Shown piece by piece: positions 55,915 through 64,000 of a stretch of DNA of 64,000 nt. The translations under genes and the position numbers were made by a program. Origin of the DNA: an uncultured Acetobacteraceae bacterium (GTDB taxonomy: Bacteria > Pseudomonadota > Alphaproteobacteria > Acetobacterales > Acetobacteraceae); the NCBI GenBank assembly GCA_964244615.1, contig CAXTJP010000001.1:27488-91487 (forward strand), in the 5' to 3' direction. Numbering within the stretch: position 1 is the stretch's first letter; each line of letters opens with the position of its first letter. The notes below the pieces were generated by a model, which saw only the letters and a list, made by a program, of their open reading frames with translations, ran no database searches and had not been told where the DNA came from.

Positions 55915-56398
55915 CGCGGGCGTCACGATCGGCGAGGCTCCGCCCGGGTCGCTGGCGGGGATCGCCGCGTTCCGGGATCGTGCGCGACTGATGGCGGCGT
56001 TGCGGGCGGCGTTCGGCGTGGACGTGCCGGTCACGTCGCGTTACGTGCAGGCTGGCGGTGTTGCATTGTCCTGCCTGGCGCCCGGACGTTTTCTCGCGAG
56101 CGGCGCGCGTGATGCGGATCTGCCGGCGAGGCTGGCCCGAAGCCTGGCCGGCCTGGCGGCCGTGACGGACCAGAGCGACATGTGGGCGGTCTTCGTCGTG
56201 TCCGGTGCGTCGGTGCGCGAGGTCCTGGCGAAAGTGGTGCCGGTCGATCTCGGTGACGACCAGTTCCGCACAGGCGACGTGGCGTTGACGCGCGCCGGCC
56301 ACCTGGACGTCCGATTATGGCGCATGACGGAACACAGCTACGAGATATCCACAACCCGCTCCTTCGGAACCGACCTGCGCCACCTGCTCCGACGATGA
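55907..56398 (+). CDS. soxG: Sarcosine oxidase gamma subunit
   Basis: Position after soxA; motifs LAPGRF, AVTDQS and REVLAKVVPVDL. Confidence 0.8.
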   Translation: MADAGVTIGEAPPGSLAGIAAFRDRARLMAALRAAFGVDVPVTSRYVQAGGVALSCLAPGRFLASGARDADLPARLARSLAGLAAVTDQSDMWAVFVVSGASVREVLAKVVPVDLGDDQFRTGDVALTRAGHLDVRLWRMTEHSYEISTTRSFGTDLRHLLRR

Positions 56399-56400
56399 CC

Positions 56401-56437
56401 GAAAGTTCCTTGCGCCTTCAGGAAAGATGGCCTGCCT
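56401..56437 (-). repeat. Left-arm remnant of the AT-rich element
   Basis: The minus strand AGGCAGGCCATCTTTCCTGAAGGCGCAAGGAACTTT resembles the left arm of copy G and encodes the last codons and stop of the ABC ATPase. Confidence 0.45.
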
Positions 56438-58376
56438 TTGGCAACTCATGAGCCGGCAAGTGGCACCGGACAGGATGCGCATCCCCCGCCACAAACGCGG
56501 GCGCCACCGTTTCGCAAACGGGCCCGATCTTCCGCGGACAGTTGAGCTGAAAGATGCACCCAGCAGCCACCGTGCCGGGCGCCGGAATGTCGCCCTTCAG
56601 CCGGATCCGCGTGGAGGCCGTGGCGGCCGACACGAGGGCCGCGGTGTAGGGGTGGTGCGGGCCGGCGAGCACGTCCTCGGCCGGGCCGATTTCCAGCATC
56701 TGGCCCAGGTACATCACGGCGATGCGGTCGGCCAGGTAGCGCACCACCGCGAGGTCGTGGGAGATGAACACGTAGCAGACGTGCTCGCGCACCTGCAGCC
56801 CGGCGAGCAGGTTGAGGATGGCGGCCTGGACGGAGACGTCGAGCGCGGAGGTGGGTTCGTCGCAGATCACCACGCGCGGCCGGCCGGCAAAGGCGCGCGC
56901 GATGGCGGCGCGCTGCTTCAGCCCGCCCGAGAGCGCGCGCGGGCGCATGGCGAGGTGGGCCTCGCCCAGGCGCACGCCCTGGGCCAACTCGGACAGCGCG
57001 GCGTTCAGCGTGCGGCCGGACAGGCCTGCGAGGCGGGCCAGGGGGCGCGACAGGATGTGCCGGATGCGGTGCGCGCGGTTCAGCGCGGAATCGGGGTTCT
57101 GGAAGATGATCTGGATGGCGCGGCGGTCCGCGCGGCTGCGGGCCTTCATCGTCGGGCCGAGGGCCGCCCCGTCGAGCGTGAGCGTGCCGCCCGGATCGGG
57201 CGCGGTCAGGCCCAGCAGCATGCGCGCCAGCGTGGTCTTGCCGCTGCCCGACTCGCCGACCAGGCCCAGCGTCTCGCCAGCCGACAGCGTGAGCGTGACG
57301 TCGTCCACGGCGCGCACCGTGCCGCCCGCGCCGGCGTAGGTCTTGGACAGATGGCGCGCCACCAGCACAGGTGCGCCCGCGGTGCGCGGCTGAACCGCGC
57401 CGGCAGCGGCATCCAGCGAGGCCGGAAACGGCGGGGTGAAGTGGCAGCGCGCCATGTGGGCGCCGGTCCAGCGCGCCGGGGGCGGCGTGGCCCCGCAGAT
57501 CGCTTCCCGGCGGTCGCAGCGCGGGGCGAACACGCACGGGTCCAGCTTCGCGCCCGGCGCGGGAAGCCCGCCCGCGATGGTCTGCAGCGCGCCGTCCTGC
57601 TTGCGTCGCCCGGCGCCCGGCAGGCAGGCGACCAGGCGCGCCGTGTAGGGGTGTGCCGGCGCGCGCAGCACGTCCTGCGCGGCGCCCTGCTCCACCAGGG
57701 TGCCGGCGTAGAGCACGCCTATGCGGTCGCACATGCGCGCCACCATCGGCAGGTTGTGGCTGATCAGCAGCACGGCGGTGCCCTGCTCGCGGCGCAGCGC
57801 GTCCACCAGGTCGAGGATCTCGGCCTCCACCGTCGCGTCCAGCCCGGTCGTCGGCTCGTCCAGCACGAGGAGATGCGGGTTCTTGGCCAGTGCCATCGCG
57901 ATCACCACGCGCTGCTGCGTGCCGCCGGAGAGCTGGTGCGGGTAGGCGGACAGCACGCGGTCGGGCGACGGGATCTGCACGCGGGCGAGCATCGCCGCCG
58001 CCCTGGCTCGGACCGACGATACGCCCAGCACCGTAAAGGCCTCGGCCAGCTGGTCGCCGACCGTCAGGGTGGGGTTCAGCGCGCGGCTGGGGTCCTGGTA
58101 GACCATCGAGACGCGAAGCGCCCAAAGCTGGCGCAGCCCGGCGCGCGACAACGCCAGCACATCCTGCCCGTCGATGGTGATGCTGCCGGCGGTGACACGC
58201 CCCGCCGGCGGCAAGGCGCGCAGGGCGGCGAAAGCGGCGGTGGATTTGCCGCAGCCGGATTCGCCCACCAGGCCGAAACACTCGCCGGGCGCCACGTCGA
58301 ACGACACGCGATGCAGGATGGCCGTGTTCCCGTAGGACACCGACAATTCGGCGAGCGACAGCGCGGGCGCGGTCAC
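56418..58376 (-). CDS. Peptide/nickel-type ABC transporter ATP-binding protein with two fused NBDs (DppD/F-like)
   Basis: Two Walker A motifs, GESGCGKS and GESGSGKT; LSGG signatures; DEPTT/DEPTS; HPYT oligopeptide-transporter C-terminal motifs. Confidence 0.92.
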   Translation of the reverse strand: MTAPALSLAELSVSYGNTAILHRVSFDVAPGECFGLVGESGCGKSTAAFAALRALPPAGRVTAGSITIDGQDVLALSRAGLRQLWALRVSMVYQDPSRALNPTLTVGDQLAEAFTVLGVSSVRARAAAMLARVQIPSPDRVLSAYPHQLSGGTQQRVVIAMALAKNPHLLVLDEPTTGLDATVEAEILDLVDALRREQGTAVLLISHNLPMVARMCDRIGVLYAGTLVEQGAAQDVLRAPAHPYTARLVACLPGAGRRKQDGALQTIAGGLPAPGAKLDPCVFAPRCDRREAICGATPPPARWTGAHMARCHFTPPFPASLDAAAGAVQPRTAGAPVLVARHLSKTYAGAGGTVRAVDDVTLTLSAGETLGLVGESGSGKTTLARMLLGLTAPDPGGTLTLDGAALGPTMKARSRADRRAIQIIFQNPDSALNRAHRIRHILSRPLARLAGLSGRTLNAALSELAQGVRLGEAHLAMRPRALSGGLKQRAAIARAFAGRPRVVICDEPTSALDVSVQAAILNLLAGLQVREHVCYVFISHDLAVVRYLADRIAVMYLGQMLEIGPAEDVLAGPHHPYTAALVSAATASTRIRLKGDIPAPGTVAAGCIFQLNCPRKIGPVCETVAPAFVAGDAHPVRCHLPAHELPKAGHLS

Positions 58377-59188
58377 CGCAACGCGTCCTGCAGACCCTCG
58401 GCCACCAGGTTGACGCCGACCACCAGCGATGCCGTGGCCAGGGCGGCGAAACCCACCGTCCAGCCGTAGCCGCCGACGATCAGCCCGTAATTCTCAGCGA
58501 TCGACAGGCCCCAATCCGGCGAGGGCGGCTGTATGCCGAAGCCCAGGAAACTTAGCGAAGCGACGGTGAAGATGGCGTAGCCCAGGCGCACCGTCACCTC
58601 CACCAGGATCGGCGGCAGGATGTTGGGCAGTATCTCCACGAACATGATGTGCAGCGCACCCTCGTTGCGCAGTTGCGCGGCCGGAACGTAATCCAGCTTG
58701 CACTCCGCCAGCACGGCGCTGCGCACGGTGCGCGCGATGATCGGCGTGAACACCAGCGCGATCACCAGCGTGACGTTGAACGACGACGGCCCGAGCGCCA
58801 CCAGCACCAGCAACGCCACCACGATCAGCGGCAGCGCCAGTATCACCTCGATCAGCCGGCTCAGCACCGTGTCGACCCAGCCGCCGGCATAGCCGGTGAC
58901 CAGGCCCAGCGTGGTGCCGCACAGCATGGCCAGCAGCGTGGCGGCAGGAGCGACCGACAGGATGGGCCGGGCGCCGGCGATGACGCGGGAGAACACATCC
59001 CGGCCGATCTGGTCGGTGCCGAACCAGTGTTGCGCGGAGGGCGGGGCCAGCGCGTTCATCAGGTCGTCAGCGTAGGGATCTTGCGGGGCCAGGTGACCAC
59101 CGAAGATGGCGCAAATCGCCCAGAAGCCCACCACCATCAAGCCAAGAAAGAAAGGCGTTCTTTTTCGAGAAAAAGAAACAAGGTTCAT
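58373..59188 (-). CDS. Peptide ABC transporter permease (DppC-like)
   Basis: Motifs HWFGTDQIGRDVFSR and PPSPDWG; ATG 59188 overlaps the upstream stop (ATGA). Confidence 0.9.
   Translation of the reverse strand: MNLVSFSRKRTPFFLGLMVVGFWAICAIFGGHLAPQDPYADDLMNALAPPSAQHWFGTDQIGRDVFSRVIAGARPILSVAPAATLLAMLCGTTLGLVTGYAGGWVDTVLSRLIEVILALPLIVVALLVLVALGPSSFNVTLVIALVFTPIIARTVRSAVLAECKLDYVPAAQLRNEGALHIMFVEILPNILPPILVEVTVRLGYAIFTVASLSFLGFGIQPPSPDWGLSIAENYGLIVGGYGWTVGFAALATASLVVGVNLVAEGLQDALR
59144..59188 (+). repeat. Element-like arm embedded in the 5' end of the DppC-like gene
   Basis: AAGAAAGAAAGGCGTTCTTTTTCGAGAAAAAGAAACAAGG matches the left-arm pattern GGAAGGC.TTCTTTTT.GA.AAAAAGAAGCAAA; strongly AT-rich within a GC-rich operon. 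Confidence 0.5.
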
Positions 59189-60129
59189 CTTGGGTCCAGC
59201 AGCGTGACTAGCGTGTCGGCCAGGATGGCGGAGAGGATGTAGGCGGTGCCTACCGTCAGGATGCCGGCTTCCAGCATCGGGTAGTCCTTGCCGTGCGCGG
59301 CGGTCAGGATCAGGCTGCCGATGCCCTGGTAGCGGAACAGGGTTTCCACCACGACCAGGCCGCCCAGCAGGTAGCTCGTCTGCGCGGCGATCACCGTGAT
59401 CGTGGGCAGCAGCGCGTTGCGCAGCACATGATGCAAAATCACCCGACGCCGCCGCAGGCCTTCCAGCGTGGCGGTGCGCGTGTAGTCGGCCTCCAGCGCG
59501 TCGATCATGCCGGCGCGGGTGATCCTGGCGATGTAGCCGAACAGGATCAGCACCAGCGGCAGCGCCGGCAGGATCAGGTGGCGCAACTGCTCCGGCACGC
59601 TGGTGCCGGGCCTGGTGTTGGCGGAGATCGGCAACCAGCGCAGCCACACGCCGAACACCAGGATCAGCAGGATGCCGGAGACGAACTCCGGCACCACGGT
59701 CAGCGACAGGCCGCCCAGGTTGATCAGCCGGTCCGGCCAGCGCCCGCGATACAGCGCCGCCAGCACGCCGGCCCCGATCGACAGCGGCACCACGATCGTC
59801 AGCGTGATCGCCGCCAACGCCAGCGACCTGCCGAGCGCGCGCAGGATGAACGGCGCCACCGGACTGCGATAGGCGTAGGAGATCCCCATGTCACCCTGCA
59901 CGAGGTGGCCGATCCAGCGCGCGTACATCAGCAGCGGCGGCGCGTCGGTGCCGAGCTGGTGGTTCAGCACGGCCACCGCGCGCGCATCGGCCAGCGGTCC
60001 CAGGATCGAGCGCCCGACATCGCCCGGCAGCACCTGGCCGGCGGCGAACACCACCGCGCTCAGCAGCAGCAGCGTCAGCAGGCTGAGCGCGAGGCGGACC
60101 AGAACCGGGCGGACACCGCCGCGCGTCAC
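59185..60129 (-). CDS. Peptide ABC transporter permease (DppB-like)
   Basis: Motifs LPGDVGRSILG, GDMGISY, PEFVSG, DYTRTA..EG and HVLRNALLP; GTG start at 60129. Confidence 0.9.
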   Translation of the reverse strand: MTRGGVRPVLVRLALSLLTLLLLSAVVFAAGQVLPGDVGRSILGPLADARAVAVLNHQLGTDAPPLLMYARWIGHLVQGDMGISYAYRSPVAPFILRALGRSLALAAITLTIVVPLSIGAGVLAALYRGRWPDRLINLGGLSLTVVPEFVSGILLILVFGVWLRWLPISANTRPGTSVPEQLRHLILPALPLVLILFGYIARITRAGMIDALEADYTRTATLEGLRRRRVILHHVLRNALLPTITVIAAQTSYLLGGLVVVETLFRYQGIGSLILTAAHGKDYPMLEAGILTVGTAYILSAILADTLVTLLDPR

Positions 60130-61664
60130 GACAGCGCCGCGTCCTGCAGGAAAATCTGCGACAGGCCGCTGACGGCGACGCCGGTGACCGTCGGGCCGGT
60201 GGCGCACAGGTAGTCGTAGAAATAGGGGATGATCACCGGCGTCTCGTCCAGCAGCAGGGTCTGTATCCTGCCCGCAAGCACGCGCTGTGCCGCAAGATCG
60301 GTGGCGGCGATGTACTCCGCCACCAGACGGTCGTAATCCGGGTTCCTGAAATGCGCGGCGTTCCAGGCGCCCTGGCTGAGATAGGGTGCGGCGAGGTTCA
60401 CGTTCGGCACGCCGCGATGGCCGTAATCGGTGATGCCCATCGTGCTGTCGAGCCAGTCCGAACGGCCGAACTGCGCGGTGCCGTAATAGGTGCCGGCATC
60501 CTCGATGCGCAAATTGAGCCGTATGCCGATCTGCGCGCAGGCGTTCTGTACCAGCACGGCGAGGTCGGGGATCTCCTGCTGGCGCTCGGTGGTCAGCGTG
60601 GTTTCGAACCCCTCGGCGTGGCCGGCCTCGCGCATCAGCGCGCGGGCGCGGGCCAGGTCGCGGGCGCGCTGCGGCACCGAACGGTCGGTCGATGCGAACA
60701 GCGGGTCGAACGGGGAATCGTTGGCCAGCCTGGCGCGGCCCTGGAACAGGCCGTGCACCAGGCCGGGTCGATCGAGGCTCAGGGCGATGGCCTGGCGCAC
60801 GCGCCGGTCGGCGAGCGGCCCCTCGTCGCAGCGCAGATGGATCTGGCGATGGGTGGAAGCCGGGATGTCGATGATGCGCACGTCCGGGTCGCGCAGCAGG
60901 CCCTGCGCGCCCTGCACGGAGATCTGCACGATGACGTCGACCTGGTCGTCTTCCAGCGCCAGTATCTGCGGCTGCTGGTCGGTGAAGAACGAGAACTCGG
61001 TGCGCGCCGGCAAGGCCGGACGGCCCCAATAAGCCGGGTTGCGAACGAAGCTCGCGCCCTGCTTCGGCGCGTAACGCTCCAGCCGGAACGGTCCGGTGCC
61101 GTTGAAATCGGTCTCGAAATCGCCCGCGTACTTCGCCGGCAGCATGATGGCGTTGTAGTTGTCCGACGACACGTAGAACGGGAAGTTTCCGTTCGGCGCG
61201 TCCAGCTCGAAACGCACCGTGAGGTCGTCGATCCGCCTGGTGCCGCCGGGCGACAGCACGCCGCGCAGGACGGAGAGCGCGTTGGAGCCCTGTTTTGGGT
61301 CGCACAGCCGATCCATCGTGGCCACCACGTCGGCCGCGCCGAAGCCCTGCCCGTCGTGGAATCTCACGCCCGGGCGCAGCTTGAACACCCAGGCCGAGCA
61401 ATCCGCGTTCGGATACCAACCGAGTGCCAGCGAGGGGCGCAGCACCAGGTCGGACCCGTCGTCGATGAGGAACTCGCCGGTCTGGCACAGCATCGCCAGG
61501 CCGCCGATCTCGGAGACCGTCAGCGGCTCGATGGCGCCCGCCGGCACCTGGCTGGCGACGCGGATTGTGGCACCGGGCCGCCCAAGCGACGCCGGCACGG
61601 CGGCGAGCAGGCCGATGCGGGCGGCGTGGCGGATGAACAGCCTACGGCTGAGCCGTCTGACGAT
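60126..61664 (-). CDS. Peptide ABC transporter substrate-binding protein (family 5) with Tat-like signal; apparent ATC start
   Basis: Motifs LRPGVRFHDG, GTGPF, DRRVRQAI and EGFE; the frame extends upstream of GTG 61598 through LSRRLFIRHAARIGLLAAVPA to ATC 61664, which follows AGGAG; an in-frame TAG lies just upstream. Confidence 0.85.
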   Translation of the reverse strand: MVRRLSRRLFIRHAARIGLLAAVPASLGRPGATIRVASQVPAGAIEPLTVSEIGGLAMLCQTGEFLIDDGSDLVLRPSLALGWYPNADCSAWVFKLRPGVRFHDGQGFGAADVVATMDRLCDPKQGSNALSVLRGVLSPGGTRRIDDLTVRFELDAPNGNFPFYVSSDNYNAIMLPAKYAGDFETDFNGTGPFRLERYAPKQGASFVRNPAYWGRPALPARTEFSFFTDQQPQILALEDDQVDVIVQISVQGAQGLLRDPDVRIIDIPASTHRQIHLRCDEGPLADRRVRQAIALSLDRPGLVHGLFQGRARLANDSPFDPLFASTDRSVPQRARDLARARALMREAGHAEGFETTLTTERQQEIPDLAVLVQNACAQIGIRLNLRIEDAGTYYGTAQFGRSDWLDSTMGITDYGHRGVPNVNLAAPYLSQGAWNAAHFRNPDYDRLVAEYIAATDLAAQRVLAGRIQTLLLDETPVIIPYFYDYLCATGPTVTGVAVSGLSQIFLQDAALS

Positions 61665-61690
61665 GGTTGACTCCTGCTAGGCTACGCTTA

Positions 61691-61814
61691 AGGCAAGGCC
61701 TGCTTTTTTGAAAAGCGACAAAAAACTTCGGGTCATGCTGTCGCGGAGGTTTCCACAACGCGCAACCAGGCAACAAAAGTTTTTTGGTTCTTTTCAAAAA
61801 AGAACCGCTTGCCT
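61691..61814 (+). repeat. AT-rich MITE/REP-like element, copy G (124 bp)
   Basis: Exact terminal inverted repeats AGGCAAG / CTTGCCT; core GGTCATGCTGTCGCGGAGGTTTCCAC is shared with copies C and D; contains the TTG start of the MFS gene. Confidence 0.85.
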
Positions 61815-63167
61815 TCTGCAACGCCGAACCTGGTCCTAGCAACCTGCATCCTCGCATCCAGCCTGGCATTCGTGGACGGCTCGGTGGTCAATGTCGGCCT
61901 GCCGGCGATCGGCCGGGACCTGCAGGTCGATTCCGAGGCGCTGCAATGGGTGGTCAACGCCTATTTGCTGCCGCTCAGCGCGCTGCTGCTGCTCGGTGGT
62001 GCTGCCGGCGACCGTTACGGGCGCCGCCGGCTGCTGATCGCCGGGACCATCCTGTTCGCGGCCGCATCGCTCGCCTGCGCCCTCGCCCCTACCCTGGCAG
62101 TTCTGCTGGGTGGACGGGGGCTGCAGGGCGTGGGTGCGGCGATGCTGATGCCGAACAGCCTTGCCATTCTCGGTGCCGCGTTCAGCGGCGAGTCCAAGGG
62201 ACGGGCGATCGGCATCTGGGCCGCCACCGGCGCCGCCATGGGCGCGCTGGGGCCGGTGCTGGGCGGTTTGCTGATCGACACCATCGGCTGGCGTGCGATC
62301 TTCCTGATCAACCTGCCGCTGGCCGCCGGTGCGGTCCTGCTCGCCTGGCGCTTCGTGCCCCTCGATACCGACGGGCGGGATCGTCCGCTCGATGTGTGGG
62401 GCGGGTTGCTGGCCACGTCAGGCCTGGCCACGGCCACCTGGGCGCTGACGGTGGGCTCCGGCCCGGCGGGTTGGACCACGGCCGCCCTGGTGGCCGCCGC
62501 CACCGCCGCGGTGCTGATGGCGGGTTTCGCGGCGCTGGAGCGTCGGCTGGGCGAGGCTGCGACGACCCCGCTCGCCCTGTTCGGGTCCAGAACCTTCGTC
62601 GGCCTGACCGTGCTGACGCTGCTGCTCTACGGCGCGCTGGGCGGCCTGTTCGTGCTGCTGCCGTTCCTGCTGATCCAGGCAGCCGGCTATTCCGGCACCC
62701 AGGCCGGCGCGGCGCTGCTGCCGCTGCCGCTCATCCTGGCGGGCCTGTCGCCGACGATGGGTGCGCTGGCCGGGCGCATCGGCCCGCGCCTGCCCCTGGC
62801 TGTCGGACCGCTGGTCGTCGCGTGCGGCTTCGCCCTGCTGACCCGGATCGGCGAGCGGGCCGGCTACTGGACCGAGGTCTTCCCCGCCTTGCTGGTGATC
62901 GCCGTCGGGCTGAGCGGGGCGGTCGCACCGTTGACCGCGGCGGTGCTGCAGTCGGTGGACGATCGCCATGCCGGCTCGGCGTCCGGGCTGAACAGCGCCG
63001 TTGCCCGCACCGGTGGCCTGGTTGCGACCGCACTGGTCGGCGCCGTGCTGGCGGCGCGTGGTGCGGACCTGCTCGCCGGCTTCCACCTCGCCGCATCGGT
63101 CGGCGCCTGTGCCTGCCTGCTGGCGGGCCTGACCGCTTTCTGCCTCGTCGGCCGCGTCGCACCATGA
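61809..63167 (+). CDS. MFS transporter, DHA2 (drug:H+ antiporter-like) family
   Basis: Motifs LAFVDGSVVNVGLP, GAAGDRYGRRR, GRGLQGVGAA, GPVLGG and WRAIFLINLP. Confidence 0.92.
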   Translation: MPSATPNLVLATCILASSLAFVDGSVVNVGLPAIGRDLQVDSEALQWVVNAYLLPLSALLLLGGAAGDRYGRRRLLIAGTILFAAASLACALAPTLAVLLGGRGLQGVGAAMLMPNSLAILGAAFSGESKGRAIGIWAATGAAMGALGPVLGGLLIDTIGWRAIFLINLPLAAGAVLLAWRFVPLDTDGRDRPLDVWGGLLATSGLATATWALTVGSGPAGWTTAALVAAATAAVLMAGFAALERRLGEAATTPLALFGSRTFVGLTVLTLLLYGALGGLFVLLPFLLIQAAGYSGTQAGAALLPLPLILAGLSPTMGALAGRIGPRLPLAVGPLVVACGFALLTRIGERAGYWTEVFPALLVIAVGLSGAVAPLTAAVLQSVDDRHAGSASGLNSAVARTGGLVATALVGAVLAARGADLLAGFHLAASVGACACLLAGLTAFCLVGRVAP

Positions 63168-63460
63168 TCGTGTCACCGGATAGGGCATGACACGCGCGTG
63201 GACAGCACATTTCCGCCTGGATGCTTGGCCAGCATTGCGGCTGATTCAACCGCAGGTGGAACGAGGTCGAGCATGACCAGCCCTGTTTGGCGGCAACCCA
63301 GCACGCTTCGAATGCTGAGTGTTGCTGAACAGGTTCGTTCCGCACTCTGTCGAAGGCTCGGTCGATCGGCATTTCATGAGCGAAAGAAATTTTTCGCGAT
63401 TGCGCTTCGGCGCAAAACCGTTTCAGTGTGCCGCCGCCACAGAAGCGAGCTCCCTCAAAA

Positions 63461-64000
63461 ATGAAAATCACGCATTTATCGGCATTGTTCGCCCTGCCTT
63501 GTGCCGCACTCTTCGCGAGTGCAGGCGCTTCGGCTGCCACGCCCGACACCGTGTTTGCCGCAATAGCGGCGCCGGCCGGCGTGAGCCTTTCCGCGGTGGC
63601 CGACGCGACGCCGATGACCGTAGTACTCGCGGTGCCGATGCGCGACCGCGCGGGCGCGGAGGCCTATGCCGCCGCCGTCTCGCAGCCCGGCAACGCGCTG
63701 TACGGACATTATCTGACGCCGAAGCAATTCGGCGCGCGCTTTGGTGGCGATGCCGCCAACTACGAATTCCTGCGCAACTGGGCGGCCGCCCAGGGTCTGA
63801 CGGTCGGTGAGCGCATGGACGCGCGGACCAGCCTGTCGGTCGAAGGCACGGCGGCCCAGTTCGCCAGCCTGTTCAGCACCAGCTTCGCCCGGTTCGAGAC
63901 GGCCGAGCACGGCGACGGCCAGGTGACGCTCTCGCCGCCGCGCCTGCCCTCCGTGCTGGCCGGTCGCGTCGAAGGCGTGGTCGGCCTGGACAGCGCCGGC
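63461..64000 (+). CDS. Secreted S53 (sedolisin/kumamolisin) peptidase, signal and pro-domain; truncated by the window end
   Basis: My translation from ATG 63461: signal peptide MKITHLSALFALPCAALFASAGASAA, then the activation-domain pattern VSQPGNALYGHYLTPKQFGARF...WAAAQGL...VEGT..FASLF...LP..L...VEGVVGL. Confidence 0.8.
   Translation, partial: MKITHLSALFALPCAALFASAGASAATPDTVFAAIAAPAGVSLSAVADATPMTVVLAVPMRDRAGAEAYAAAVSQPGNALYGHYLTPKQFGARFGGDAANYEFLRNWAAAQGLTVGERMDARTSLSVEGTAAQFASLFSTSFARFETAEHGDGQVTLSPPRLPSVLAGRVEGVVGLDSAG

Noticed and set aside
29275-61814. AT-rich repeats as a CRISPR array or an autonomous IS
   Set aside because: They are dispersed, not tandem with spacers; there are no cas genes; they are too short to encode a transposase and none is adjacent
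63168-63460. Short ORFs 63198..63464+ and 62731..63549-
   Set aside because: No motifs; the region looks like the AT-richer promoter of the S53 peptidase
1-64000. Hundreds of long alternative-frame and antisense ORFs in the supplied track (e.g. 7281..9209+, 17728..19326-, 37089..39551-, 39632..42229+, 52864..56034-, 56427..58469+)
   Set aside because: They overlap well-supported genes, are Arg/Ala/Gly/Pro-rich with no family motifs, and are the expected shadow ORFs of high-GC coding DNA

Overview
High-GC alphaproteobacterial DNA; gene content and repeat style suggest Acetobacteraceae (inference). There are two blocks. (1) 1-27.2 kb is a Wzx/Wzy exopolysaccharide locus. A leftward operon carries GT4, Wzc, Wzx, GT2, 2xGT4, Wzy-like, GT2, acyltransferase-3 and a secreted repeat protein. 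A small ribbon-helix-helix-like gene sits in the divergent gap. A rightward operon starts with the priming glycosyltransferase, then continues through an FAD oxidoreductase, MetY, a MetA-like acyltransferase, a carrier-protein/thioesterase didomain, a stand-alone adenylation enzyme and a membrane acyltransferase. An ATP-grasp enzyme, a third acyltransferase-3 and a large secreted protein follow. This putative thiotemplated polysaccharide-tailoring system is the best candidate for an undescribed system. (2) 29.4-61.7 kb is a betaine/N-methyl amino acid uptake and catabolism region: a StcD/HpbA-like flavoenzyme, a Rieske oxygenase fused to a ferredoxin domain, a ProVWX-type ABC transporter, a SolA-like oxidase, a TPR-sulfotransferase, a TonB receptor, a desaturase/XRE/PhnD-like module, LysR, a second Rieske oxygenase, a PLP trans-sulfuration enzyme, an opine-oxidase-like pair, soxBDAG and a peptide ABC transporter. 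The window ends with an MFS transporter and the start of an S53 peptidase. A family of about 100-140 bp AT-rich elements with AGGCAAG...CTTGCCT ends (6 near-complete copies, 3 arm remnants) sits at gene junctions in block 2 and supplies stop codons, C-termini and start regions. No rRNA, tRNA, CRISPR array or transposase was seen. All family assignments come from motifs read by eye, with no database search; start codons were often moved from the supplied ORF track.
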